Counted from the first letter of the stretch, positions 1 through 11,678 are shown. The stretch: 64,000 nt of DNA from an uncultured Acidobacteriota bacterium (GCA_963776915.1 CAVZPE010000025.1:6701-70700), one strand, 5' to 3'. Numbers and translations: made by a program. Notes: a model not told the origin generated them from the sequence alone.

Positions 1-543
1 GTCGCGATCCTCCTCGCGGACGTCGACCGGCTCGAGGCGATCAACGACATGTACGGCCCCGAGGCGGGCGACACCGTCCTCCAGGCCGTGGCCGACGCCA
101 TCTCCGCCTCCGTGCGCGGCGGCTCCGTCGTCGCGCGCTGGAGCGGGGACGAGTTCCTCGTCGTCGCGCGCGTGCGCTTCGGAGGGGAGGCGGGGGCGCT
201 CGCCGTGCGTCTGAGGCACGCCGTCGCCTCCTGGGTGAAGGCGGGAGGCGGAGACGCCGGGCAGCCCGTCACGATCTCGATCGGGTTCTCGATCGAGCCG
301 ATCATGCGCACCCGCCCGCACCTCGCGTCCTTCCGCGACCACCTCGCCCTCGCCGGCGGCGCGCTCGCGCGCGCGAAGGCCGCCGGGGGAAACGTCGCGT
401 GCGGCTGGCGCGTCAACGACGAGGCGCTCGAGGCCGCGATCGCGCTGCACGGCGAGCCCGGGGCGTTGCGCGTCCTCAGGAAGCCCGACGAGGCCGAGGC
501 CGCCGGCCTGATCGGCCTCTCGCTCGAGCACCGCGAGGGCTGA
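1..543 (+). CDS. GGDEF (diguanylate cyclase-like) domain protein, 5'-truncated by window
   Basis: Reads DVDRLEAINDMYGPEAGDTVL...ARWSGDEF...VTISIG. SGDEF signature; the frame is open from position 1. Confidence 0.85.
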   Translation, partial: VAILLADVDRLEAINDMYGPEAGDTVLQAVADAISASVRGGSVVARWSGDEFLVVARVRFGGEAGALAVRLRHAVASWVKAGGGDAGQPVTISIGFSIEPIMRTRPHLASFRDHLALAGGALARAKAAGGNVACGWRVNDEALEAAIALHGEPGALRVLRKPDEAEAAGLIGLSLEHREG

Positions 544-549
544 CGCCGG

Positions 550-1525
550 TCAGCCGGGGATCAGGAGGACCTTTCCCGAGGTCTCGCGCGCCTCGAGCGC
601 GCGGTGCGCCGCGGCGGCGTCCGCGAGCGGGACCTCCCGGTCCACGCGGACGGGGAGCGACCCGTCCCTCACCCAGCCGAGGACGTCGCCGGCGCGCGCG
701 AGGAGCTCCTGGCGCGAGGCGGCGTAGTGGAAGAGAGTCGGCCGCGTCAGGAACAGGGACCCCTTCGCGTTGAGGACCTGCGGGTCGATCGGCGCGGCCG
801 GGCCGCTCGACTGCCCGAAGAGCGCCATCGTGCCGCGCGGCGCGAGGACGTCGAGACCCTTCTCGAACGTCGTCTTCCCGACCGAGTCGAAGACGGCCTG
901 GACGCCCTTCCCGTCCGTGAGACGCTTCGTCTCCGCGACGAAGTCGGCCTGGGTGTAGAGGATGACCTCGTCCGCGCCGGCCTTCCGCGCGAGGGCCGCC
1001 TTCGCGGGAGTCGAGACCGTGCCGATGACACGGGCGCCGCGCTTTTTCGCGACGGCGCAGAGCAGGAGCCCGACGCCGCCGGCCGCCGCGTGGACGAGGC
1101 ACGTGTCGCCGGGGCCCAGCGGTCGGACCGCGGTCGCGAGGTAGTGGGCCGTCATCCCCTGCAGCATCACGGCGGCCGCCTGCCGCGTCGTCACGCCCTC
1201 CGGAACGCGCACGAGCCGCGCGGCGGCGACGAGAGTGTGCTCCGCGTACGCGCCCTGCGCGTTGAAGGTCGCGACGCGGTCGCCCGGCTTCACGTCGGTC
1301 ACGCCCGGGCCGACGGCCTCGACGACGCCGGCGGCCTCGCCGCCCGGCGTGAACGGATACCCCGCGGGCTTGTAGAGCGCCGTCCGGAAGTAGACCTCGA
1401 TGAAGTTGACGCCGGCCGCCTCGACCTTCACGAGCGCCTCGCCGGTCTTCGGCGTACGGATCGGGGACGTCTTCGTAACGGAGCGCCTCGGGTCCGCCGG
1501 GAGCGTGGACGCGGATGGCTTTCAT
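550..1525 (-). CDS. qor: NADPH:quinone oxidoreductase (zeta-crystallin family), frameshift near 1450
   Basis: MKAIRVHAPGGPEAL in one frame continues as AAGVNFIEVYFRT...HAAAGGVG...GKVLL in another. Confidence 0.9.
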
Positions 1526-1559
1526 GGGCGAAGTCTACGGCGGGACCCGGTGCGTCGCC

Positions 1560-3216
1560 CTACTCGAACCAGCCGTTCACGTCCAGGATCACGTGGGCCG
1601 GTGCTCCCGACGTGTTCTGCAGGACATAAGCCCCCGAGCCGTCCGCCGCGAGCGCGACGATCGCGCCGTTCGCCCGCGTCTGCCCCGCCTTGAACCTCAC
1701 GGTCTCGACGAGAGGCGGCGTCGCGAGGTCGCCGGGATGGACCGCGATGCCGCCCGCGCCCAGGGCTCCCGGTCACGGTGACGTTCGCCGAGATCGCGGC
1801 CGCGGTCGACGGAATCCCGCACGTGCCGGGCGCGACGACGCGGCGCATCTCCCCCGCCGCCAGCGCGCCGCCCGCCTGCCGCGTGTCGAGCGAGCGGCAG
1901 GGCGCGAGCGTGTGGAACGCCGCGCCGCTCTTCACGATCGCGAAGGCGTCGCGCACGACGCCGTCGGCGCGCACGAAGCGGACGTCGAGGCGCCGCGCAT
2001 CCGCATCGATGACGAGCGAGCCGAGCTCGGCGAAGCTCCGCAGCATCGCCGGGTGGTCGAGGGGCCCGGTGCCGACCTTCCCGCTGCTCCCCGCGACGAC
2101 GTAGACGGTGCCCGCGTGGGGCGTGCGGACGGACGGCTTGCGGTACGGGCCGGCGCCCGCGGGGTCGCCCGTCCCGCCGTCCACCTTCATGCCGGGGGCG
2201 AACGTCGTCGAGACGCCGTAGTGGCCGTCGAGGAGGAAGGAGCGCTCGTAGACGTGCGAGTGCCCGCCGAGGACGAGGTCGACGCCCGCCGCCTCGAGGA
2301 TCGGGTTCACGTACTGGCGCATCTCGACGAGCTCGGTCTCGGTGTCCGAGTCGTGCGTGCCCTTCGTGTACGGAGGGTGGTGCCAGTAGGCGACGATCCA
2401 CCTCTGCGCCGTCGCCGCGAGGTCGGCGGCGAGCCACGTGAGCATGGGGCTGCCCGGCAGCCGGCTCACGTCGTACGCGTCGAGGCAGACGAAGTGGACG
2501 TTCCCCGCGTCGAAGGAGTAGTACGCCTCCGTCCCGGACGCGACGCCGCCCGCCTCGGCCGCCTTCGGCAGGCGGAACAGGTCGAAGTAGACGCCCGTCC
2601 CCGTGCCGCCGTTCGCGGACCCGCCGTCGTGGTTCCCGAACGCGGGCCAGAGCGGGATGGCGGCCAGCTGCGCGGGATACGTCCCGAAGACCGCGGCCCC
2701 GTACTCGGCGTCGGTGCCCGCGACGTACGCGTTGTCGCCGAGCATGAGCCACAGGTCCGCGGGCCGTCCGCCCGCCGCCGCGAGGTACGCGTCGCGCACG
2801 GCGCGCGCGCTCGCGTCGGCCGTGCCCGAATCGCCGACCGCCCAGATCCGGAGCGGCACCGCCGCGCCGGCGGGGGGCGGCGTCACGAAGGATGCGGGGG
2901 CCGAGGGCGCGAGCGGCCCGGAGGCGGTCCCGACCCTGTAGTAGTAGCGGGTCCGGGGGGCCAGTCCCGTGACGGTGACCGCGTGCTCGGTCGTGGACGC
3001 GGCGTCCGCGAAGACGAGGGAGAGCACCGCGGGGTCCGCGCCCAGGAAGACGCGTCCGTCCACGGGCACGTCCGTGCGCCAGCAGACGATCACGGAGGAA
3101 GGCGTCGCGGTCTGGAGGTACGGCCCGCGTGTCACGGCCAGGGCGAGCGCGCCCCGCGCGGCGAGCAGGAGACAGAAAGCGCCGGCGCGTGCCGGTCCCG
3201 GGACGATCGCGTTCAT
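1560..3216 (-). CDS. Secreted purple-acid-phosphatase-like metallophosphoesterase with FN3-like N-domain and C-terminal PCR..DTR domain; frameshift near 1760
   Basis: Signal peptide and motifs GDSG, LGDNAY, GNHD, GHSH. Ends DVNGWFE* in the shifted frame. Confidence 0.85.
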
Positions 3217-3226
3217 CCCGTGCTCT

Positions 3227-5320
3227 CTACTCGAACCAGCCGTTGACGTCCACGATGACGTCGAGGGGCGCCGCCGCGCCGCTCGTGATCCGGAAGGCGC
3301 CCGATCCGTCCGACGCGAGCCCGACGAGGGCGTTGTTCGCCCGCGTCTGGCCGGCGCGGAAGGAGACGGTCGCCGCGTTCGGGACCGCGGGGAGGTCGGA
3401 GGGATAGAGGATCAGCGCCCCGCCGGCGCCGGCGTTCGTGACGGTGACGTTCGCCGACACGGAGCGCGCGCTCGCGGGGACGCCGCAGGTTCCGGCCGCG
3501 ACGAAGGTCCGCGTCGCCGCGGCGCCGAGCGACGGCCCGCCGCCCGGACCGGCGGGCCGCCGCGTGTCGAGGGCGCGGCACGGGGCGAGCGTGTGGAACT
3601 TCGTCGCGGCGGGTCCGCTCACGGTCGCGCTCGCGAAGGCGCCCGTGCTCGCGTTCCAGTACGAGCCGCTCGCGCTCGTCTCGAGCTTCACGGCGCGGAC
3701 GAGATACGCGGGGGATCCGCCGGGCGCCGCCGTGTCGACGAACGACGTGCCCGTGACGAGAGACGGCGTGAGGCGCGCGAACGGGCCCGTGGCCGAAGGC
3801 CCGCGGTAGACGTGGTATCCCGCGACCGCGTCCGGCGAGGCGGTCCACGTGATCGTCGCGGTTCCGGCTCCGCCGGTCGCGGTCGACGTTCGAGACGGGA
3901 GCGACGACGTGCATCCGGAGCGTGGGATCGCCCATGAGGGCGACGTGCACCGACGGGCCGTAGCCGTAGAAATACGTCGACGAGTTGTTCTGCGAGAGGC
4001 GCGCCGCGTACCCGATCGTCTCGCCCATCGCCATGTGGTGCACGTACCAGGCGGGCCGCCCCGCCCAGGCGCACGTGAGGCCGTAGCGTCGTCGTCGCGA
4101 GCGGCGCCCGGAGGAAATTGTTCGAGACGTCCCAGTCGCCGAAGTAGCTCCCGAAGAGGAACGTGAACGCGGTCTTCGTGTCCGTCGCCGCGAAGTTCGA
4201 CGTCGAGCCGACGCCGCCCGCCCCGGTGTAGTTCCCGCCGCCGCAGCCGTACGCCCAGAGGTAGCCGTTCGCGGCGAGCGTGCCGAACCAGTCGAGCGCG
4301 AAGACGTTCGCGGGCCCGAAGAAGGCCGAGAACGCGCGCCAGCCCGTCGAGGCGAACGCCTCGCCACCGAACGCGCCGAAGTTGTCGTCGATGAGCCCGC
4401 GCGCCGGAAGCGTCCAGGCCTTGACGCGGAAGCCGTGGTCCTTGTTCAGGTACTGGCGCAGGAGATCGACTTCGGTCTTCGGGGCGAACGCGGGCATGTT
4501 CGCGAGGTCGACGCGCCCGACCGCGAGCTCGACCGTGCCCGAGGGCGCGTAGCTCTGGTCGAACTTCCCGTCCCCGGGCACGTTGCTCTGCCGGCCCGTG
4601 CCCGTGAGCGTCTGGGTGTCGGTCCAGACGCCGTCCATCTCGCCGTAGTAGAGATCCGCGGGCCACGCGCCGACGTGGTCCGGGTGCCCGTCCGGCGCGA
4701 GGCTCCCGGAGTACGGGACGGGCACGTGCCCGAACAGGAAGACGCTCTTCACCCGCGTCGGATCGGCGTCGTAGTCCGCCTTGACGAGCGCCTTGACGGA
4801 CGGGACCGTGGCCGTGCGCGACACGTCGTGGCGCAGCACCGTCCAGCCGTCGCCCGCGAGATCCTGCTGGAGGCGCGTGAGCTCCGTCGCGAGAGGCGCC
4901 GCCATCGTCGCGTCGACGACGAGGATCACCTTCCCGCGGTCCTCCACGAGCGGGATCGCGATTCCCGTCGCGAGGTATCCGTAGCCGGCGACGTTCGCCG
5001 CGCGGCGCACCTGGTACTCGTACGCGGTCCCCACCGTCGACGGCATTGTCCGCGTATCCCGTGGCCGTCCCCGCGAGGTTCGCCACGGCGGTCCCCCAGG
5101 CGGCGGTTCCCCAGGCCTTCCGGTAGACGGTGTGCGCCGTGGCGCCCGCGAACGCGGGCCAGGCCAGCGTGATGCGCGGAGGCGCGCTCTGGACGGTGGC
5201 CGTCACCTGGACGGCATAGTCCGACGTCGCCTGCGCGGCGGCGGTGCCGGCCGCCAGCGCGAGAACGGCCACGAAGAGAGCTCCCGCGAGAACCCGCCGT
5301 GCCCGGAGGAGAAGCTCCAT
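3227..5320 (-). CDS. Large secreted protein with FN3-like repeats, an uncharacterised central domain and C-terminal PCR..DTR domain; frameshifts near 5045, 4090 and 3885
   Basis: Signal peptide MELLLRARRVLAGALFV...AAAQ, FN3-like ITLAWP/YQVRR and GYHVYRG segments, ends DVNGWFE*. Confidence 0.7.
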   Translation of the reverse strand: MELLLRARRVLAGALFVAVLALAAGTAAAQATSDYAVQVTATVQSAPPRITLAWPAFAGATAHTVYRKAWGTAAWGTAVANLAGTATGYADNAVDGGDRVRVPGAPRGERRRLRIPRDGNRDPARGGPREGDPRRRRDDGGASRDGAHAPPAGSRGRRLDGAAPRRVAHGHGPVRQGARQGGLRRRSDAGEERLPVRARARPVLREPRAGRAPGPRRRVARGSLLRRDGRRLDRHPDAHGHGPAEQRARGREVRPELRALGHGRARGRARRPREHARVRPEDRSRSPAPVPEQGPRLPRQGLDASGARAHRRQLRRVRWRGVRLDGLARVLGLLRARERLRARLVRHARRERLPLGVRLRRRELHRGGRRRLDVELRGDGHEDRVHVPLRELLRRLGRLEQFPPGAARDDDATASRAPGRGGPPGTCTTWRWARRSGTRRASRRTTRRRISTATARRCTSPSWAIPRSGCTSSLPSRTSTATGGAGTATITWTASPDAVAGYHVYRGPSATGPFARLTPSLVTGTSFVDTAAPGGSPAYLVRAVKLETSASGSYWNASTGAFASATVSGPAATKFHTLAPCRALDTRRPAGPGGGPSLGAAATRTFVAAGTCGVPASARSVSANVTVTNAGAGGALILYPSDLPAVPNAATVSFRAGQTRANNALVGLASDGSGAFRITSGAAAPLDVIVDVNGWFE

Positions 5321-5386
5321 TTGACTGAAGTGAAATGCTCTCACGCGTAACATGTCCTGCGACGGAGTCTCGCCGAGGAGAGCCCG

Positions 5387-6775
5387 ATGGACACACGGAT
5401 CGAAAAGGACACGATGGGCGAGATCGCCGTGCCGGCGGACCGCTACTGGGGCGCCCAGACCCAGCGCTCGCTCGAGAATTTCGAGATCGGCGAGACCCGC
5501 TTCGGGCGATCGTTCCTGCGCGCGTTCGGCCTTCTCAAGCGGGCCGCCGCCGAGGCGAACCACGAGCTCGGACTCCTCCCGCCCGAGAAGGCGGCGCTCA
5601 TCGCCGCCGCCGCACAGGAGGTCGCCGACGGGAAGCTGGACGCGCACTTCCCGCTCGTCGTCTTCCAGACGGGGAGCGGAACCCAGACGAACATGAACGT
5701 CAACGAGGTGATCGCGAACCGCGCGATCGACCTCGCGGGCGGCGTCCTGGGCTCGAAGTCGCCGATCCACCCGAACGACGACGTGAACCTCTCGCAGTCC
5801 TCGAACGACACGTTCCCGACCGCGATGTCGATCGCGGCCGTCTGCGAGATCGAGGAGCGCCTGCTTCCCGAGGTCCGCAAGCTGCGCGACGTCCTCGAGG
5901 CGAAGTCGAAGGCCTTCGCGGACGTCGTGAAGATCGGGCGGACCCACCTGCAGGACGCCGTGCCGCTGACGCTCGGGCAGGAGATCTCGGGCTGGGTCTC
6001 CCAGCTCGACCACGGGATCGTGCACGTCGAACAGGCGCTCCCCCACCTCCTCGAGCTCGCGATCGGCGGGACGGCGGTCGGGACGGGGCTCAACACGCAT
6101 CCCGAATACGCCGGGCGCGTGGCCCGGCGGCTCGCGGCGCTCACCGGGCACGCCTTCGTCCCGGCGCCGAACAAGTTCGAGGCGCTCGCGGCGCACGACG
6201 CGCTCGCGTTCGCCTCGGGCGCGCTGAGGACGCTCGCGGGCTCCCTCATGAAGATCGCGAACGACGTGCGCTGGCTCGCGTCGGGTCCCCGCTGCGGGAT
6301 CGGCGAGATCCGGATCCCGGAGAACGAGCCGGGCTCGTCCATCATGCCCGGAAAGGTGAACCCGACCCAGGCCGAGGCCCTGACGATGGTCGTCGCGCAG
6401 GTCTACGGGAACGACGCGGCGGTCGCCTTCGCGGCGAGCCAGGGGAACTTCGAGCTCCACGTCTTCAAGCCCGTCATGATCCAGAACGTCCTCTCGTCCG
6501 TCCGGCTCCTCGCGGACGGGAGCCGGAGCTTCCGGCTCCACTGCGCCGACGGAATCGAGCCCGACCGCGCGCGAATCGCCGAGCTTCTCGACAAGTCGTT
6601 GATGCTCGTCACCGCGCTCAACCCGCACATCGGGTACGACAAGGCGGCCGCGATCGCGAAGAAGGCGCACAAGGAGGGGACGACGCTCAAGGAGGCCGCG
6701 ATCGCGCTCGGCTTCCTGACCTCCGAGCAGTTCGATTCATGGATCGACCCGTCGAAGATGGTCGGCCCCGGCTGA
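5387..6775 (+). CDS. fumC: Class II fumarate hydratase
   Basis: [19 protein letters not shown] and [11 protein letters not shown] signatures; GGAG RBS. Confidence 0.97.
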   Translation: MDTRIEKDTMGEIAVPADRYWGAQTQRSLENFEIGETRFGRSFLRAFGLLKRAAAEANHELGLLPPEKAALIAAAAQEVADGKLDAHFPLVVFQTGSGTQTNMNVNEVIANRAIDLAGGVLGSKSPIHPNDDVNLSQSSNDTFPTAMSIAAVCEIEERLLPEVRKLRDVLEAKSKAFADVVKIGRTHLQDAVPLTLGQEISGWVSQLDHGIVHVEQALPHLLELAIGGTAVGTGLNTHPEYAGRVARRLAALTGHAFVPAPNKFEALAAHDALAFASGALRTLAGSLMKIANDVRWLASGPRCGIGEIRIPENEPGSSIMPGKVNPTQAEALTMVVAQVYGNDAAVAFAASQGNFELHVFKPVMIQNVLSSVRLLADGSRSFRLHCADGIEPDRARIAELLDKSLMLVTALNPHIGYDKAAAIAKKAHKEGTTLKEAAIALGFLTSEQFDSWIDPSKMVGPG

Positions 6776-8238
6776 CCCGCGCCGCGCTCCCTGCGGTCGC
6801 CGCCCTCGCGATCCTCGCCGCGCTCGCCCCCGGCGCGGAGCAGCCGGCCGAGCCGGTCTTCTCCGTGGTCGCCCCCGCCCGGATGGTCACGGGGCGCGTG
6901 CGGCTCGAGGCCGAGGCCCGCGACGCCCGCGTCGCGAGCGTGAGGTGGGAGGTCGACGACTGGGCCCGCACGACGCCGCGCCCCTTCGCGCTCGAGTTCG
7001 ACCTCGGGCCGCTGCCGCGCGAGGCGACCGTGACGGCGGTCGCGCTCGACGCCGCCCGTCAGGTCCTCTACCGCCAGGAGGCGGTCCTGAACCCGGGGGG
7101 CCGCCGCCTCGTCCTCGAGATCCTCTCGCCCCTCGACGGCCAGCACGCGAGCGGCCCGACGCCCGTGCTCGTGCGCGCGGCCGCCCCGCCCGGCGACTCC
7201 CTCGCCTCCGTCACGGTCGCCGTCCCGGGCGGCGAGGTCGCGCTCGGCGGCGAGGAGGTGCGGAGCGCCGTCGTCGACCTCCCGGCCGGGACGGCGCCGA
7301 TCACGGCGCGGGTCCGGACGGCCCGCGGCCGGGTGGCGGAACGGACGATCCTCGTGAACGGCCGCGGCCTCGTCGCCTCGGCCGACGCGCACGTCGTCGA
7401 GCAGACCGTCGCGGTCACGCGCGGGGGAAAGCCGCTCGAGGGCCTCGGCCCCTCGGATTTCACCGTCCGGGACGACCGCGGGACCTGCGAGATCCGCGAG
7501 GTGAAGCTCCTGCGCGACGCGCCGCTCGCGATCGGCCTCTCGATCGACACGTCGCTCTCGCTGCTCTTCACGGAATCGCTGAGAACGGCGGCCGCCGAGA
7601 GCTTCGTCGCGCGCACGATCCGCCCGGGCGACGTCGCGTTCCTCCAGCGGTTCGGCGTCGTCGTCTCGGAGGTCGTGCCCTGGACGGGCGACCGGGCTCT
7701 TCTCGCCAGGCGCGTCCTCGAGCTCGGATACGACGGAGTGCCGGGCACGCTTCTGAACTCGGCGGTCCTGAAGGCGCTCTACGCGTTCCAGGGCAGCCAG
7801 GGGGCGCGCGCCCTCGTCCTCGTGACGGACGGCAACGCATTCGAGGACGACGTCGAGGAGAGGGACGCCGTCGCCTACGCGCGCCAGTCCGGCGTCAAGA
7901 TCTACGCGCTCGGCCTGCCCTTCGTCGAGGAGATCCGCACTCCCGTGCGCAAGGAGGCGCCCGACGGCACGGTCGTCGTCCACGAGAAGATCAGGCGCGA
8001 GACGTATCCGGCGAACCTCGACGTCCTGAAACGCCTCACGGACGCGACGGGCGGGCGCACCTATCCGGTCAAGAAGGAGGCCGACCTCCCGAAGATTTTC
8101 GCCGCGATCGAACGCGACCTGAGGACGCAGTACCTCGTCTCGTACGTGAGCAACGCGCGACGGAAAGGCGTCTTCCATCCCGTCGAGGTGCGCACCTCCC
8201 ACGGCACCGTCGCGACGGCGGCGGGTTTCTTCTACTGA
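6739..8238 (+). CDS. Secreted Ig-like + VWA (VWFA-related) domain protein
   Basis: Signal-like [13 protein letters not shown]; MIDAS-like DTSLS; LVLVTDG; C-terminal [13 protein letters not shown]. Start codon inferred. Confidence 0.8.
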   Translation: MDRPVEDGRPRLTRAALPAVAALAILAALAPGAEQPAEPVFSVVAPARMVTGRVRLEAEARDARVASVRWEVDDWARTTPRPFALEFDLGPLPREATVTAVALDAARQVLYRQEAVLNPGGRRLVLEILSPLDGQHASGPTPVLVRAAAPPGDSLASVTVAVPGGEVALGGEEVRSAVVDLPAGTAPITARVRTARGRVAERTILVNGRGLVASADAHVVEQTVAVTRGGKPLEGLGPSDFTVRDDRGTCEIREVKLLRDAPLAIGLSIDTSLSLLFTESLRTAAAESFVARTIRPGDVAFLQRFGVVVSEVVPWTGDRALLARRVLELGYDGVPGTLLNSAVLKALYAFQGSQGARALVLVTDGNAFEDDVEERDAVAYARQSGVKIYALGLPFVEEIRTPVRKEAPDGTVVVHEKIRRETYPANLDVLKRLTDATGGRTYPVKKEADLPKIFAAIERDLRTQYLVSYVSNARRKGVFHPVEVRTSHGTVATAAGFFY

Positions 8239-8242
8239 GGAA

Positions 8243-8348
8243 GAGACCGGGAGATTCCTTCGAAGGTGAAGTCGAACGCTCGCACCTTGGAGCGGCCGAT
8301 CGCCCGAGGTCGCCCTTCTCGATCTTTCGAAGAAACTCCCCGGGTCTC
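8243..8348. repeat. Inverted pair of dispersed motif (locus 1, intergenic)
   Basis: GAGACCGGGAGATTCCTTCGAAGGTGAAG (8243-8271) ... CTTTCGAAGAAACTCCCCGGGTCTC (8324-8348). Confidence 0.75.
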
Positions 8349-8364
8349 CTAGAATTCCGTCCCG

Positions 8365-9885
8365 ATGCCCGACGTCCCCGAGGAGCCGCGGCCGCCGGGC
8401 GGCGCGTACCCGCGCTACGTCCTCGCCGTCCTCGTCCTCGTCTACGTCTTCAACTTCCTCGACCGGCAGATCGTCTCGATCCTCGCCGAGCGCATCAAGG
8501 CCGACCTCGGAGTCTCGGACGCGCAGCTCGGCTTCCTGTACGGGACCGTCTTCGCCGTCTTCTTCGCCGTCTTCGGGATCCCGCTCGGCCGCCTCGCGGA
8601 CGCCTGGGACCGGCGCCGGCTCATCGCGTGGGGCGCGGCGTTCTGGAGCCTCATGACGGCGCTCTCGGGCCTCTCGAGGACCTTCGGCCAGCTCGCGCTC
8701 GCGCGGATGGGCGTCGGCGTCGGGGAGGCGAGCGCGGCGCCGGCCGCGTACTCGCTCCTCTCGGACTGGTTCCCGAAGGAGAAGCGCGCGACCGTCCTCG
8801 GCCTCTACTCGAGCGGCATCTACCTCGGCGCGGGCCTCGGCCTCGGCATCGGCGGCCTCGTCGTCGACCGCTGGGACGCCGCGTTCCCGTCCGGCACGGG
8901 TCCGTTCGGCCTGCGCGGCTGGCAGGCCGCGTTCCTCGCCGTCGGCCTGCCGGGACTCGTCCTGGCCGCGTGGGTGCGGAGCCTCAAGGAGCCCGCCCGC
9001 GCCGCGTCGCATCCGCCGCTGACGACGACGCCGGTGAGGACGTTCCTCCGCGAGTCCGCGTCCGTCGTCCCGCCGTTCACGTTCGTCGCGCTCGCCGCGG
9101 CGGGCGCGGGCGCCCCGGGCCTCCTCGTCAACGCGGGCGCGTTCACCGCCCTCGCCGCCCTCGCGTGGCTCCTGACGCGCGCCCTCGGCAACGCCGCGCA
9201 GTGGATCGCGCTCGCCGCGGGCCTGTACGCCGTCTTCTCGTGGGCGCAGGCGCTCTCCCTTCGGAGCCGGGAGGACTTCGACCTCGTGTTCCGCAACCGC
9301 GCGCTCGTCCTCGCGAACCTCGGGTTCGGCCTCGTCGCCTTCGGGACGTACGGGACGAGCTTCTGGATCGCGCCGTACTTCGTGCGCGTCCACCACCTGG
9401 ACCTCGCGAGGACGGGCCTCCTCCTCGGCGGGATCTCGGCCGCCGGCGGCTGGCTCGGCGCGACGTGCGGAGGCCTCCTCGCGGACGCGTGGGGGAAGCG
9501 GCGCGCGGACGGCCGCCTCCTCGTGGGCGCCGCGTCGGCGCTCGTCCCGATTCCGATCGCGCTCGGGATGCTCGCGGCGCCCTCGCTCGGCCTCGCGGCG
9601 GCTCTCGCTCTCCCGATCACGGTCCTGACCGCCCTCTGGGTCGCGCCCGCGACGACGACGGCCCAGGAGCTCGTCCCGCCCCGGCTGCGCGGCACCGCGA
9701 GCGCCGTCCTCCTGCTGCACACGACGTTCCTCGGCCTCGCGCTCGGCCCGTACACGGTCGGCCGCCTGAGCGTTCACACGGGGAGCCTGAAGGCGGCCCT
9801 CGCGCTCGCGCTGCCGGTCAACCTCGCCGCGGGCCTCCTGCTCGTCCTCGCCGCGCGGGCCCTGCCCCGGCCGGCGCCATCGTAA
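8365..9885 (+). CDS. MFS transporter (spinster-like)
   Basis: NFLDRQIVSIL, GRLADAWDRRRL, RMGVGVGEA; many TM segments. Confidence 0.9.
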   Translation: MPDVPEEPRPPGGAYPRYVLAVLVLVYVFNFLDRQIVSILAERIKADLGVSDAQLGFLYGTVFAVFFAVFGIPLGRLADAWDRRRLIAWGAAFWSLMTALSGLSRTFGQLALARMGVGVGEASAAPAAYSLLSDWFPKEKRATVLGLYSSGIYLGAGLGLGIGGLVVDRWDAAFPSGTGPFGLRGWQAAFLAVGLPGLVLAAWVRSLKEPARAASHPPLTTTPVRTFLRESASVVPPFTFVALAAAGAGAPGLLVNAGAFTALAALAWLLTRALGNAAQWIALAAGLYAVFSWAQALSLRSREDFDLVFRNRALVLANLGFGLVAFGTYGTSFWIAPYFVRVHHLDLARTGLLLGGISAAGGWLGATCGGLLADAWGKRRADGRLLVGAASALVPIPIALGMLAAPSLGLAAALALPITVLTALWVAPATTTAQELVPPRLRGTASAVLLLHTTFLGLALGPYTVGRLSVHTGSLKAALALALPVNLAAGLLLVLAARALPRPAPS

Positions 9886-9896
9886 GATGCCGCCCC

Positions 9897-10478
9897 ATGA
9901 GACGAATCCCGACGATCCTGACCCTCGCGCTCGCCCTCGCCACCGCCACCCTGAAGGGAGAGAACCCCGTGAAGAACCCGACGGTCGTCATGAAGACCTC
10001 GATGGGCTCGATCACGCTCGAGCTGTACCCCGACAAGGCCCCCGAGACCGTCAAGAACTTCCTCGCCTACGTGAACGCCAAGCACTACGACGGCACGGTG
10101 TTCCACCGCGTCATCGACGGCTTCATGATCCAGGGCGGCGGCTTCACCGCCGACAAGCAGCAGAAGCCGGTGAAGGCGCCCATCAAGAACGAGGCCGCGA
10201 ACGGGCTCAAGAACACGGTCGGCGCCATCGCGATGGCCCGGACGGGCGAGCCGAACAGCGCGACGGCGCAGTTCTTCATCGACGTGAAGGACAACGGGTT
10301 CCTCGACTACCGCGACTCCTCGAAGGAGGGCATCGGCTACTGCGTCTTCGGCAAGGTGACCGCCGGCATGGACGTCGTGAACAAGATCAAGGCGACGCCC
10401 ACGTCGAACCAGGGCGGCGCGTTCGTGAACGCGCCCGTCACCCCGGTGGTCATCGAGTCCGTCCGCGTCGCGCCGTAA
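9897..10478 (+). CDS. ppiA: Periplasmic cyclophilin-type peptidyl-prolyl isomerase
   Basis: FHRVIDGFMIQGGG, AMART, SATAQFFI, YCVFGKV; signal peptide. Confidence 0.92.
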   Translation: MRRIPTILTLALALATATLKGENPVKNPTVVMKTSMGSITLELYPDKAPETVKNFLAYVNAKHYDGTVFHRVIDGFMIQGGGFTADKQQKPVKAPIKNEAANGLKNTVGAIAMARTGEPNSATAQFFIDVKDNGFLDYRDSSKEGIGYCVFGKVTAGMDVVNKIKATPTSNQGGAFVNAPVTPVVIESVRVAP

Positions 10479-10493
10479 TCCGCCGGCCGGACC

Positions 10494-11678
10494 GTGTCGA
10501 GCCTTCCGCCTCCTTACGGATACGCGCCTCCGCCGCCTCCGCGGCGGAGGGGCGGCCCGATCCTCCTCCCCATCCTCGTGGGGCTCCTGGCGGGATGGCT
10601 CGTCTTCACGCTCCTGCAGCGGGGTCCCGGCGGCGTCGCGCCCGCGCCCGGCCGGCTGAAGGGCGCGACCGCCGAGCCCCGGCCCGTCACGGCGCGCGGA
10701 GACCTCGCGGCCGACGAGAAGGCGACGATCGAGCTCTTCGAGCGCTGCAGCCCGTCCGTCGTCTACATCACGAGCCTCGCGCGACGGCCCGTGAACTTCT
10801 TCGAGATGACGGAGGTCCCCCAGGGTACGGGCTCGGGCTTCGTCTGGGACCGGCAGGGCCACGTCGTCACGAACTTCCACGTGATCGAGAACTCCGACTC
10901 GCTCGTCGTGACGCTCGCGGACCAGTCCAACTGGAAGGCGACGGTCGTCGGCGTCGAGCCCGACAAGGACCTCGCGGTCCTCAGGATCGGGGCGCCGGAG
11001 GCGAAGCTCCCGCCGATCCTCGTCGGGGCGAGCCGCGACCTGAAGGTCGGGCAGAAGGTCTTCGCGATCGGAAACCCGTTCGGCCTCGACGAGACGCTCA
11101 CGACGGGCATCGTGAGCGCGCTCGGGCGGACGATCGAGTCCGTCACGGGCCGCAAGATCCAGGACGTCGTGCAGACGGACGCGGCGATCAACCCGGGCAA
11201 CTCGGGCGGCCCTCTTCTCGACAGCGCGGGCCGGCTCATCGGCGTGAACACGCAGATCGCGAGCCCGTCGGGCGCGAGCGCCGGGATCGGGTTCGCGGTC
11301 CCCGTCGACACCGTGAACGAGGTCGTCCCGCAGCTCATCGCGCACGGCCGCGTGATCCGCCCGCGCCTCGGGATCAGGCCGATGCAGGAGGGCCTCCTCC
11401 GCAGGCTCGGGGTCTCGGGCGTCCTGATCGGGACCGTGGACAAGGAGAGCGGCGCCGCCAGGGCCGGGCTCCGCGAGACGCGGAGGGGCGAGGACGGCTC
11501 GCTCGTCCTCGGCGACATCATCGTCGGCGTCGCGGGCAAGAAGGTCGCGAGCTACGACGACCTCGTCTCGGTCCTCGAGAAGCAGAAGATCGGCGACACC
11601 GTGCCCGTCCGCATCCTGAGGGGCGACGGCGAGACGACCGTCGACGTCACGCTCTCGGAGCCGGCGCCGCGCCGCTGA
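10494..11678 (+). CDS. HtrA/DegP-family serine protease with one PDZ domain
   Basis: TNFHV, DLAVL and GNSGGP catalytic triad motifs; N-terminal TM; PDZ. Confidence 0.93.
   Translation: MSSLPPPYGYAPPPPPRRRGGPILLPILVGLLAGWLVFTLLQRGPGGVAPAPGRLKGATAEPRPVTARGDLAADEKATIELFERCSPSVVYITSLARRPVNFFEMTEVPQGTGSGFVWDRQGHVVTNFHVIENSDSLVVTLADQSNWKATVVGVEPDKDLAVLRIGAPEAKLPPILVGASRDLKVGQKVFAIGNPFGLDETLTTGIVSALGRTIESVTGRKIQDVVQTDAAINPGNSGGPLLDSAGRLIGVNTQIASPSGASAGIGFAVPVDTVNEVVPQLIAHGRVIRPRLGIRPMQEGLLRRLGVSGVLIGTVDKESGAARAGLRETRRGEDGSLVLGDIIVGVAGKKVASYDDLVSVLEKQKIGDTVPVRILRGDGETTVDVTLSEPAPRR

Noticed and set aside
8091-8100. Partial matches GAAGATTTTC (8091) and GGATTTCTTC (~26926, ~61171)
   Set aside because: Only about 10 bp of the motif with no GAAGG half; could be chance, so not counted.
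3227-10478. Very long alternative-frame and antisense ORFs (for example 6403-9777 -, 6945-10478 +, and similar throughout)
   Set aside because: Arg/Pro/Gly-rich shadow ORFs expected from high GC and stop-codon scarcity; they overlap well-supported genes.
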